Source of the DNA: a virus
Taxonomy: Duplodnaviria > Caudoviricetes
IMG/VR virus record: IMGVR_UViG_3300047539_000071
Span: 2,372 to 66,371 of that record
Reading direction: 5' to 3' (one strand)
DNA length: 64,000 nt
The notes under the pieces: generated by a model
Database searches by the model: none
Seen by the model: the letters and a program-made list of their open reading frames with translations, nothing else
What the model was told of the DNA's origin: nothing
Shown: piece after piece, positions 45,632 through 54,299 of the stretch
Numbering within the stretch: the first letter of the stretch is position 1
How the letters are laid out: the number at the start of each line of letters is the position of its first letter
Made by a program: the position numbers and the translations under genes

Positions 45632-46351
45632 ATGAGCATCACACAGGTGACCGGGCAATACCTAATCGACATGGCGAACGATCTGCTCGCCGGATACCAG
45701 AACGGCGTAGACAGCCGTGCCCTCCTTACCTACCTGAATCTTGGTAAGGACGTCATCTGGTCGGTCACAAAAGAACTAAAAGATGAGTATTTCCAGGTCT
45801 TTTCGCAGACCACCATCAGCACTCAGACCAACTATTTTCCGCAACTCGTCATGGGAACCCGGCAGTATACCCTTCCGGAAGATCTTCGGAACATCGACTT
45901 TATCGAAGTCCAATCCCCGACTGGCACGCCGATCGGACGCTTCACTTACGCTGCGGCTAACTCTGCCGAGTTTCGTGCAGAGCGCGAGCAGTCGAATGTT
46001 GCTGGCGGGGCGATGGAGAACGATTACGAATACCTCTACACCATCGCGGGCCGCGACCAGTTTGTCATGGCAAAATATCCGGCGCAACCGTACATTCTGA
46101 TTCTCTGGTACACCTGTTCTATCGCAGACTTTGAAGCCGGCGATATCGTGGACGACATTCTGTTTCCTTTCTCAAAACAGCTCGCTCAATACGCTGCAAA
46201 GGCGACAATGCTTGCCGACCAAGACCCGGGTCAATTCGCAGCGTGGTCTAAAGAGTGGCGCGAGAACATAATCAACATGACCCAAGGAGCCGCAACCCGC
46301 AATGACGCCGATCCGCAGTTTGTCGAAGACTTTGACGGGAGTTGCGACTAA
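45632..46351 (+). CDS. Head-tail adaptor protein
   Basis: Size, position before the nozzle, YTLPED motif. Confidence 0.65.
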   Translation: MSITQVTGQYLIDMANDLLAGYQNGVDSRALLTYLNLGKDVIWSVTKELKDEYFQVFSQTTISTQTNYFPQLVMGTRQYTLPEDLRNIDFIEVQSPTGTPIGRFTYAAANSAEFRAEREQSNVAGGAMENDYEYLYTIAGRDQFVMAKYPAQPYILILWYTCSIADFEAGDIVDDILFPFSKQLAQYAAKATMLADQDPGQFAAWSKEWRENIINMTQGAATRNDADPQFVEDFDGSCD

Positions 46352-49300
46352 TGGCGCGTAAGGAAGAGCAGAAATGGAACCTGCTCGGAAGCGGGCAAGA
46401 TTCCTATAGCGGACAGAACGCCCAGAACCCCGCCACGTCCCGCCTAATCCAGAGTTGGATCGTGCAGGACGACGGTCAGCTGCACAGAGAGCTTCCGGAA
46501 CCCTTCTACGCCTATTCAGGTTCGACCAGCACTGCGCAGACACTGCCCGGGCCGATCTGTGGCCTGTACGAATTTGACCAGAACAACGGCCAGGGCGCGA
46601 TCAACCGATTCTACTTCTGTGCCGCGCGCGTAAACTCAACTGTCGGAACCCAGAATTGCCTGTTCTACGAGAACGTGGTCACCTCCACTTCTTCGAACTG
46701 GATCCAAGTGGCCTCTGTGGCGACCCTTGCGAATGCCCCGATGTGCGTGACACAAGAAAACAATTTCTTCTTGAGTGACGGCGTCTCCAACTGGCTGTTC
46801 AACGGCACCATCTGGGTGGCATGCGGAATTAACATCCCGTTGAATCCGCCGGCAATCAATATTGCCATTAAAGGAAACCCACAGGTTCTGATCAGCAACC
46901 AACCGATCGTAATCGCAGATGCAACCCTGGCGAGTGGCGGCGTTGGCGTCTACCTGTACGCAAATGATCAGTCTGGCGATTTCGCAGCCGGTGCAAACGT
47001 GATGGCCAACCCCACCACGACCTCAAGTTGTACCGCATCTACTTCGAATTACATTGACCCTTCGCTGCTCTTCAATCCTCCGCAGTATAACGGCACAACC
47101 GACCCGTCGATCGGGCCGATGGAATGGGGCCGACTGACGAGCACCTCTGGCGGAAATCCTTTTGCGTACTACGCTCTGCCTTATCCCGCCAATAACGACA
47201 CGAGTTACGAGACGGTTGTTTTGACGGCTCTCGTTATACCAGTCGAGGGAACGTACAACATCACCTTTATCCACGATGACGGAGCCTTCTTCGGATTCGG
47301 GCAAGGTCTTACTAGCGGAGCTATCCCCACCTGCTCTGATGGGCCCACGAACGTGCCTTTCCAAGGAAATCCGCCGATCACACCAGTAGGTGGTTTCCCG
47401 ATTCTGTTCGGAAATAACAACAGCGGTTTCACCGCCGAGAATACAACCGTAACTTTTCCGGAGGCAGATACCTACTACCTCGAGATCGACCATCGTAATT
47501 GGAATTCTGGACCGCAACAGTGTATAGGGTTCGGTATCGTGCTCGGCAGCATGCCGGCAGGAACTACCGCCTCTGGCAATCCATATCTCGCTAATTCGAG
47601 CAGCATTTCCGGACTGACTTCCGCGCTCGGTCGGTACTATTGGTATGACAACGCGGACCAAACGATCGGAGTGGCAACGGAGAGTTCCACGTCTCCGATA
47701 GGTTCAATCACTGGCCCAACCATCGCCGCGAGCATTGACGTGTTTCAGCAACCCGGCACATTCAACTCAGCCACCACCACGACCGTCGTTACCGGCCACA
47801 ATTCGACAGACAGCCCGGGCCCGATATCGCCAGACCTGGACGGCACTATGGCCGGAAAGCTCCTTTACCTTAATGGGGTTCTTACGGGCACGATCGCAAA
47901 CGTTGGCCACGGCACGACCCTCAGCCTGACGAAAGCGGGGCCACCGGTTCAAACAACCCTTGCAAACGGCTCAGTGGTTTATGAAGCTGCCTATTCCTTT
48001 ATTTGGGTTGGACAGACAACCCCAGGCGCACCCGCCGCGGGAACCTCCGTTCTCATCTCTCCGGGAGCCAACAATGCTCTCGCGGGAACTATATGGAACG
48101 TCTCAGGGTTCACGAATTCTGGGAACAACATATCAAGTGCTGTAGCGCTCTCTTCGACAGACAATACGATCACCTTCAACAACGCCAGCTCGATAGCAGA
48201 GACACATGCGGCAACAGCCACTTCGCCGGGGAATACCCTCAACCTAACGGCAGTCGCACTGCATACCGTAAACACGGCACGCGCCGTCATCTGCGACCCG
48301 CGCTGCACGCACTGGAATATCTACGCATCTGAAAGTGAGGGCTCTCAGATCGGCGAGTACCTGACCTCTGTACCGGTAACCTCGACTTCATACCGCGATA
48401 CGTCTGCCTTTCTAGACAAGGCGAACAATAATTTTTTACCGATCTTCAGACCAGTGCGGAACGATCCGCCAGTGGCAAGTAAACTTCTCACGGTCCATAA
48501 GGTCCGTCAATTCAGGCGCGAAGAGTCGTCACCCAATTTCTTCACCTTCACCGCTAACGAAGAGGTGACCGCCGGCAACAATGGCGATCCGGCTCAGTGC
48601 CTGCCGGGAGCAGACAGCTACACCGTGTCTGACATGGTGAATGTTGTTTCGTTCCCGGATCAATCCGCCCGCTTACGTGCGCTCATCAGCCACATGGATG
48701 CGCTCTATATGTTCAGCGAGAAGCAATGCTATCCGCTGTACGGGCAATCTGTAGATGATTTTGCTATCTCTCAGATGGTCACGTTCGATCTAGGCGCCGC
48801 AGGCAGGTTTGCGGGAACCAGTACCCCGAACGGCCTTGTCTTTGGTTCTTACGACAAGCGGGCCTTCCTGTATCCTACGTCTCTGTATTCGACGTACTTG
48901 GCCCAAGGCGGTGCAGCACAATCTGCGCTTACTGAAATCGGCAAACCTCTTCGCAACGTGTTGAAACAAATTCCTTCAACTAGGCTTGATGAGTGGGTAT
49001 CTGTACACTACCACTACGGCATTCGCGACTGGTGGGTCATCTCGTTCCCGACATCCACGACTGTCGATGCGCCCCAGACTTGGGTTTGGGACTTTATGAC
49101 GAAAGGTTGGTTCCAGTTGCAACGAGGTTTTGCCTCACTGCAAGTCTTCGAGGTCTCGGAAGGCGCCCTGGTTCTAATGGGCGGGGGAGTTGACGGCAAC
49201 ACCTACGTCATTGATGACCAAACCGGAACCTATACGCCCACTGGAAATTATCCAGTTTCAACGTGGAGGCCGGCATTAATTAACTTCGGTAATGAAGAGG

Positions 49301-49620
49301 TCGCGCACGTCTTCCGAAGACTGGAGCTCGAGTTTGACTCAGAAGCTCTGGCAAAGAGCACTTCCATAACTATGTGGCTGGACCCAGTCAACGTAGACAG
49401 CCCTGGTCAGGGCCGCACGTTGAATTTACGGCCCGCGCTCGGTGCCTGTCGCTATACCGCGATGGTAAACGACAATGAGGGCGGTTCGCTCTGTCAGCGC
49501 ATGCTGCTGCAAGTTCAGTCGGTGGCTAACGGGCAGGGCGGCGTAATCCGCGGAATCAAACTGGTCGCCGACGATGCTCCGGGTTTCCTGACGGGTGCGA
49601 ATAGGCCGGGAGGCAACTAA
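46351..49620 (+). CDS. Tail nozzle/stabilisation protein with internal PA14-like insert
   Basis: About 1090 aa, beta-rich, after the adaptor; FIHDDGAFF..YLEIDH insert. Confidence 0.7.
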   Translation: MARKEEQKWNLLGSGQDSYSGQNAQNPATSRLIQSWIVQDDGQLHRELPEPFYAYSGSTSTAQTLPGPICGLYEFDQNNGQGAINRFYFCAARVNSTVGTQNCLFYENVVTSTSSNWIQVASVATLANAPMCVTQENNFFLSDGVSNWLFNGTIWVACGINIPLNPPAINIAIKGNPQVLISNQPIVIADATLASGGVGVYLYANDQSGDFAAGANVMANPTTTSSCTASTSNYIDPSLLFNPPQYNGTTDPSIGPMEWGRLTSTSGGNPFAYYALPYPANNDTSYETVVLTALVIPVEGTYNITFIHDDGAFFGFGQGLTSGAIPTCSDGPTNVPFQGNPPITPVGGFPILFGNNNSGFTAENTTVTFPEADTYYLEIDHRNWNSGPQQCIGFGIVLGSMPAGTTASGNPYLANSSSISGLTSALGRYYWYDNADQTIGVATESSTSPIGSITGPTIAASIDVFQQPGTFNSATTTTVVTGHNSTDSPGPISPDLDGTMAGKLLYLNGVLTGTIANVGHGTTLSLTKAGPPVQTTLANGSVVYEAAYSFIWVGQTTPGAPAAGTSVLISPGANNALAGTIWNVSGFTNSGNNISSAVALSSTDNTITFNNASSIAETHAATATSPGNTLNLTAVALHTVNTARAVICDPRCTHWNIYASESEGSQIGEYLTSVPVTSTSYRDTSAFLDKANNNFLPIFRPVRNDPPVASKLLTVHKVRQFRREESSPNFFTFTANEEVTAGNNGDPAQCLPGADSYTVSDMVNVVSFPDQSARLRALISHMDALYMFSEKQCYPLYGQSVDDFAISQMVTFDLGAAGRFAGTSTPNGLVFGSYDKRAFLYPTSLYSTYLAQGGAAQSALTEIGKPLRNVLKQIPSTRLDEWVSVHYHYGIRDWWVISFPTSTTVDAPQTWVWDFMTKGWFQLQRGFASLQVFEVSEGALVLMGGGVDGNTYVIDDQTGTYTPTGNYPVSTWRPALINFGNEEVAHVFRRLELEFDSEALAKSTSITMWLDPVNVDSPGQGRTLNLRPALGACRYTAMVNDNEGGSLCQRMLLQVQSVANGQGGVIRGIKLVADDAPGFLTGANRPGGN

Positions 49621-50174
49621 TGTCTGTCGGCCAATCAGCACAACCGTTCAGTGCACCACGGCCCCGCTCCGTGCCCACACTAGGACAATCCCAAGATCCG
49701 TCTGTCGTATTTGCGAAGTGGCAATCGCAGATCGCGGCCAATGTGCGCAACGTGGCGCCGCAGGCAACGCCGCAGAATTTCAGCGTGACAAATTCGCCGG
49801 GTACACTTACTCTCAAATGGGGGCAGGTTTTGAACAGCTCCGGAGCAGATGGCTATGAAATCCTCAAGAGCGTCAGCGGTAACTTCAAAACAGATTTGCA
49901 GGTCATTCCTATTGGACACGTCAATCAGACCAGCTACACTGATGCTGTTGGCGGCAGTACCAAATGCAGTTACCGAATCCGTACAACCAGCGGAACGCCT
50001 CAAACTCCTCAGTCTGCTCGGGGGCCAGAATCTGGCGTTGTTGCTCACACTTCACTGGCGACTACAAGCACTGCTACCGGCGTTACCGTCCGCGACCAAG
50101 TGACCACCGACAAAAGCCGGTCCCTCGCACGCCTGGGAAACTACGGCATATTCAAACCCGCGACGAACAGCTAA
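49620..50174 (+). CDS. FN3-like virion protein
   Basis: P.NFSV..LTLKW..YEI..SYTD..YRIR. Confidence 0.6.
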   Translation: MSVGQSAQPFSAPRPRSVPTLGQSQDPSVVFAKWQSQIAANVRNVAPQATPQNFSVTNSPGTLTLKWGQVLNSSGADGYEILKSVSGNFKTDLQVIPIGHVNQTSYTDAVGGSTKCSYRIRTTSGTPQTPQSARGPESGVVAHTSLATTSTATGVTVRDQVTTDKSRSLARLGNYGIFKPATNS

Positions 50175-50192
50175 TATTGGACATGGTACGAT

Positions 50193-50450
50193 GGTGAGGT
50201 AGTCACCGCACATTGCGGGGGTGGCAGCTGGACTGTCACAGAATGTTTCATCTGGGGTTTAGGCCCTGCCCGGTGTTGACTGGAAATGTGAGACCGCCGG
50301 CCCACGAGTTTCTGCGCAAGCAGGAACAGTAAGGCGTGGGAGCGGCCTGTTTAAGCGGCGGCTAGAACGAGGTGCTCCCGCGCCGAACTGACTTCCCATT
50401 CTAACTGATATGATTGATATGCCGCTTCCGCCGATCCGGTCGGAGGAAGC
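50193..50450 (+). ncRNA. Candidate structured leader RNA / RNA switch
   Basis: Extended -10 at 50184-92; nested stems, GCAA tetraloop; RBS-sequestering hairpin at 50424-50450. Confidence 0.5.
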
Positions 50451-50969
50451 ATGCCCTCACCGGCAATCAATCAAGCGCCTACTTTTGCAAACATTCCCTG
50501 CTTCGTCCCTAGCGGCGTTCTCTGGTATACCCAAGATTTAGGAAATCTCTACATCGGCACAGGCGTGTCGGACAATGGAGGAACTCCAGGCGTCAATGAA
50601 ATTGGATCCGGATCTTTCCCCATCATTGAAGCTGGTGCTCAGTCATCTACTCAGACTACTAACCCTACAAACCTCACGCTGGTGGCCGCAGCCTCTGTAA
50701 TGTATAACGTGTCGTTGTACATGGGCACCGCGGGAACGGCTCCAAGCCCGCAGTACGTGGAAACAACACTCTCGTGGACTTCCCCGCTCATCGGTGCAGA
50801 CAGCATCTCAGCAACCCTTTCGCTGTTTAACGGGGCCGCTGTAGTCATGGAAACTTTTCCAATTTTCTGTGTGGCCGCGACCAGCATCACTCTCGGATTC
50901 GCTTATGGAGGAACGGCAACCAATGCGCCTTACAGTTATTCCGCGCGCGTTGTGCAAATGCCTATATAA
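50451..50969 (+). CDS. Tail-associated structural protein
   Basis: N-terminus paralogous to the 63136 gene (LWY.QD.G.L.IGTG). Confidence 0.65.
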   Translation: MPSPAINQAPTFANIPCFVPSGVLWYTQDLGNLYIGTGVSDNGGTPGVNEIGSGSFPIIEAGAQSSTQTTNPTNLTLVAAASVMYNVSLYMGTAGTAPSPQYVETTLSWTSPLIGADSISATLSLFNGAAVVMETFPIFCVAATSITLGFAYGGTATNAPYSYSARVVQMPI

Positions 50970-50972
50970 ATT

Positions 50973-51641
50973 ATGTCTATTGTCACGATGGGTGCAGCTT
51001 CGGTTGATGCGAATGTTCGCTATGTTAGGTTCGTTGACGGCTCCATTCAGGAGAGTGCCGCCCTAGCACCACCATCCGGCGGTGCTGTTGGCAATCCCCT
51101 TCTTACCGACGGAAGCACCCCTCCGAATTTAAGTTGGGGTGACGTATTCATTGGCTCGTTGCAAGGCTTCACCGGTTTCGTTACTGGAACAATCAGCGGC
51201 ATCTATGCGGCGGCTGTCGTATCTACGAGCGGGGCACAGTTAACCGTCCAAGGTACTGATGGCTCGTCTTGCAGCGTGCAGGATTTCACGACCTCGACTG
51301 CGGGTTTCTACGTTAATCCGCCGTCTCATTCAAATTCGACAAACATGATTGCCGGCGAGGTCACCTTAGGGCAGCCTAGCGGAAACACAACTCTGGTTGG
51401 TCAAGCGACAGGAAACACTACCCTCATTTTTCCAGCTAGCGCTGGGCTCGCGGGACAATTCTTGCAATCTGACGGCGGAAATCCAGACCAGACTTTATCA
51501 TGGGAAGGCGCCGCAGGCACCAGTACTCCCGCCACAGTAGGGTCTCCGGGCACCTCCGGTTTGATTGCTTATGATGATGACTACATCTACGTTTGTTGGA
51601 CAACAAATAGTTGGAAGAGAGCCGCCCTTTCAACGTGGTAA
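50973..51641 (+). CDS. Tail fibre-like protein
   Basis: GQFLQSDG repeat type; C-terminal G.IAYD..YIYVC..NSWKR.AL.TW. Confidence 0.65.
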   Translation: MSIVTMGAASVDANVRYVRFVDGSIQESAALAPPSGGAVGNPLLTDGSTPPNLSWGDVFIGSLQGFTGFVTGTISGIYAAAVVSTSGAQLTVQGTDGSSCSVQDFTTSTAGFYVNPPSHSNSTNMIAGEVTLGQPSGNTTLVGQATGNTTLIFPASAGLAGQFLQSDGGNPDQTLSWEGAAGTSTPATVGSPGTSGLIAYDDDYIYVCWTTNSWKRAALSTW

Positions 51642-51650
51642 ACTAGCAGC

Positions 51651-52076
51651 ATGTCAATCAGCCGACTTACCACCCGACCTGTCGAGGTCGGAGACGCCGA
51701 ACATCTCGACGCCCTCCGCAAACAATTCGAAACCGATGGTCGCATTGATGTGCCTTTCGGATACCGCAATACCGGCGTTGAAACTCTCGTGGTGGAGCGT
51801 GATAAAGAGGTTGTCGGAGCTGTGCTAGCTACTGCCGCAGTAGTCGTCGATTTCATAAAAGATCCTCAAGCACGCGGAGGTGATATCTACAGCGCCGTCC
51901 TTCTTGGGGAGCGAACGTTAACCTACATGGCCCAAAAGAATGGGATATCCACAGCGATCTGCGCAATCCCCAATCATCTGACCGAATACATCGATATGGT
52001 GAAACGCAGCGGGTATACTGAGGTGTTCCAGAACTGTGTCATGCTTCGGAGACCCTTAGCAAAAGAGATAGAATAG
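51651..52076 (+). CDS. GNAT-fold protein
   Basis: TRPVEVGD..VVER..VVG..GY pattern; sits before the ejection proteins as in other podoviruses. Confidence 0.55.
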   Translation: MSISRLTTRPVEVGDAEHLDALRKQFETDGRIDVPFGYRNTGVETLVVERDKEVVGAVLATAAVVVDFIKDPQARGGDIYSAVLLGERTLTYMAQKNGISTAICAIPNHLTEYIDMVKRSGYTEVFQNCVMLRRPLAKEIE

Positions 52077-52093
52077 AGATCAGGAGTTTCTCT

Positions 52094-52624
52094 ATGTCTA
52101 CTGCGGGCCGCACCCAGCAACAGAATACTGTCAAGCAGGCTAACACGAATACAGGTGTCGCCAGCGGCCTCGAGAACCAGGGCCAGAACATTGCCAGCTC
52201 AGAAATCAACACTAGCGGCGGCCTCTCACCCCTAATTGCCAAACAATCAGCAAATGAACAGGGGCAGATCGGAAAAGCCTATACCGGCGCGACCCAAGTT
52301 GCGAACCGCGGCCTTTCCCAGCGCGGGATGGGCGTGGCACCTAGCGGGCTCGGAGCCTCTATCACGAACACCGGAATCAACAATGCTGGCATGGCCAAGA
52401 CTGGTGAAATCGGCCAAGCCTTCGGTGAACAGAATAATCTGAACAACACTGCCCTGAACCAACCGATCAGCGCATTAAACGCGGGTACGGGCGCAGTAAA
52501 CGCATCGACCGGTGCAAACACAGCTCTCAGCAACATGCCGACAATGGCCGGACAGGTCTTCTCCGGACTTGAAGGTCTTGGTCAAACAGCCGGCAAAGCG
52601 ATGACGGGTGTTGGGGCAATGTAA
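52094..52624 (+). CDS. Ejection/pilot protein 1
   Basis: Gly/Asn/Gln-rich with C-terminal glycine-zipper-like end. Confidence 0.6.
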   Translation: MSTAGRTQQQNTVKQANTNTGVASGLENQGQNIASSEINTSGGLSPLIAKQSANEQGQIGKAYTGATQVANRGLSQRGMGVAPSGLGASITNTGINNAGMAKTGEIGQAFGEQNNLNNTALNQPISALNAGTGAVNASTGANTALSNMPTMAGQVFSGLEGLGQTAGKAMTGVGAM

Positions 52625-52640
52625 TAATGAACGGAGCAAA

Positions 52641-54278
52641 ATGGCAGACGATAGTTTAGGTCTTAACGATATTCTAAACATGGCGGGAGCTGGTGCGCCG
52701 CAACAGCCGCTCAACGTCTCGCAGACGCCTGCGCCGCAACAGCCGCTCAACGTCTCGCAGACGCCTGCGCCGGTTCCTCCACCCCCGACACTGACGAATA
52801 CGCCTTTGGCGCCAGCCCTGGCCGGTCCCGCAGGAGCCGCGGCGTTGCCGCCTGTAGCACCGACGCCCGTAGCACCCTCCGCGCCCGGTGCGCCAGATGC
52901 AAAGCGGTCCATGCTCGACACAATGACTTCCTCGGCCACTCAGCCGACTGCACCGGCGTCCGCCGCACCAGAAGAACAATCTTTAGCCCTACCCGCGAGT
53001 ACCGCGGGCGACCAGGGAACCGCAGATCTAGAATCGAAGATCGCCACACCGGGCAATCTCGCGCTGGGGGCTGCCGCCGACAAAGCAGAGCAGCCGAAAT
53101 CATTTCTCGACAAACTGAAAGGCGCTTCGAGTTCATTCGGACAAGGTGTTGCAGGCGCAACGGGTATGGAGGCTTTTGTTCCGGGTTCCGGCGCCACACC
53201 CATGCAAAAGGGTGCGGCTATCATGAGTCTCCTCGGAAAGATTGGAGCAGTAGGCAGCGCTGCGACTGGCAGCCCAGAACAAAAACAACAGGCAATTGAG
53301 AGACAAAGGAATCAAGCAACACAACAGCAGGCCATGGCGCAATTGCAGGCAAACGAGCAGTACCACCAGGGTATGTTGGGCATCAATAAGCAGAAGGCTA
53401 ACACTGGAGACCAAGCACTTGACATTAAGCAGCAACAGGCAGACACTGCTGCACAAAAAGTCGTAGGTGCTATGAACGCGAAAGGGTATGCCCAGGATCC
53501 AGACGGCACTTGGCGCCCAAAGACTGCTCAGGAAATCTTAGCGGATCCGATGCTTTCGCAAAATATGGAAATGAAGCATACGGCTGAGGCAGCCTCGAAG
53601 GCAAAAACCGATTTGGACAATGCAATCACCGCTGGAAAGACAAATCCTGATAGCCTCACTCAGCAGAATATCGTAGCGGCCCTTCAGCAAAAGAAACATC
53701 AGGCCGATGCGCAGTTGGCCCTCGCTCAAGCTCACTTTCAGCAAGGCGAGAATTTCCATGCAGACTCAAGGCAAGACAAGAGTTTTCAATTCAACCAGGA
53801 GCAACTTGAAAAGATTCGTACCCCAGTAGATCAGCGGGCGACACGTATGGTCACCCTTAAAGATTCTTTGGCGCAAGGTACTCCGCAGGCAGATGCCTTG
53901 ATCGCCCCGGAATTGCTTACCGCGGCTGCGGGTGGTGCGGGTTCCGGTTTAAGAATGAACGAAGCAGAAATATCCCGGATTGTAGGCGGCAGGAACCAAT
54001 GGCAAACGTTGCTGGCCAAAGCTCAGGCTTGGCAGGCAGATCCGACTAAAGGGTTTGCCCTTACTCCGTCTCAGCGGGTTCAGGTTGGCCAACTCATTGA
54101 CGTGATGAGTAAGCGCCTAGACATGACTACAGGCGCAGTCGGGCAGCGTGAGCCACGATCAAATTCTACAAGGCATAATAGGACCGGGCGGGGCGCATCC
54201 GATAGCCTACGCAGATGGACCGCAAGGAAGGCTCATAAAGATGCAAGCCGGCGGCCCTTGGATTCCTCTAGCGGGTAA
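52641..54278 (+). CDS. Ejection protein 2
   Basis: Pro/Ala-rich N-terminus with a 36-bp tandem duplication (52695-52772); Gln-rich coiled coils; C-terminus possibly frameshifted. Confidence 0.6.
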   Translation: MADDSLGLNDILNMAGAGAPQQPLNVSQTPAPQQPLNVSQTPAPVPPPPTLTNTPLAPALAGPAGAAALPPVAPTPVAPSAPGAPDAKRSMLDTMTSSATQPTAPASAAPEEQSLALPASTAGDQGTADLESKIATPGNLALGAAADKAEQPKSFLDKLKGASSSFGQGVAGATGMEAFVPGSGATPMQKGAAIMSLLGKIGAVGSAATGSPEQKQQAIERQRNQATQQQAMAQLQANEQYHQGMLGINKQKANTGDQALDIKQQQADTAAQKVVGAMNAKGYAQDPDGTWRPKTAQEILADPMLSQNMEMKHTAEAASKAKTDLDNAITAGKTNPDSLTQQNIVAALQQKKHQADAQLALAQAHFQQGENFHADSRQDKSFQFNQEQLEKIRTPVDQRATRMVTLKDSLAQGTPQADALIAPELLTAAAGGAGSGLRMNEAEISRIVGGRNQWQTLLAKAQAWQADPTKGFALTPSQRVQVGQLIDVMSKRLDMTTGAVGQREPRSNSTRHNRTGRGASDSLRRWTARKAHKDASRRPLDSSSG

Positions 54279-54299
54279 CTTAGCGGCGGGGAGATAAGC

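Noticed and set aside
50215-50385. tmRNA or tRNA (GGGGGTG start)
   Set aside because: No T-arm (GTTCRA) and no CCA end; no tRNA-like cloverleaf noticed elsewhere either
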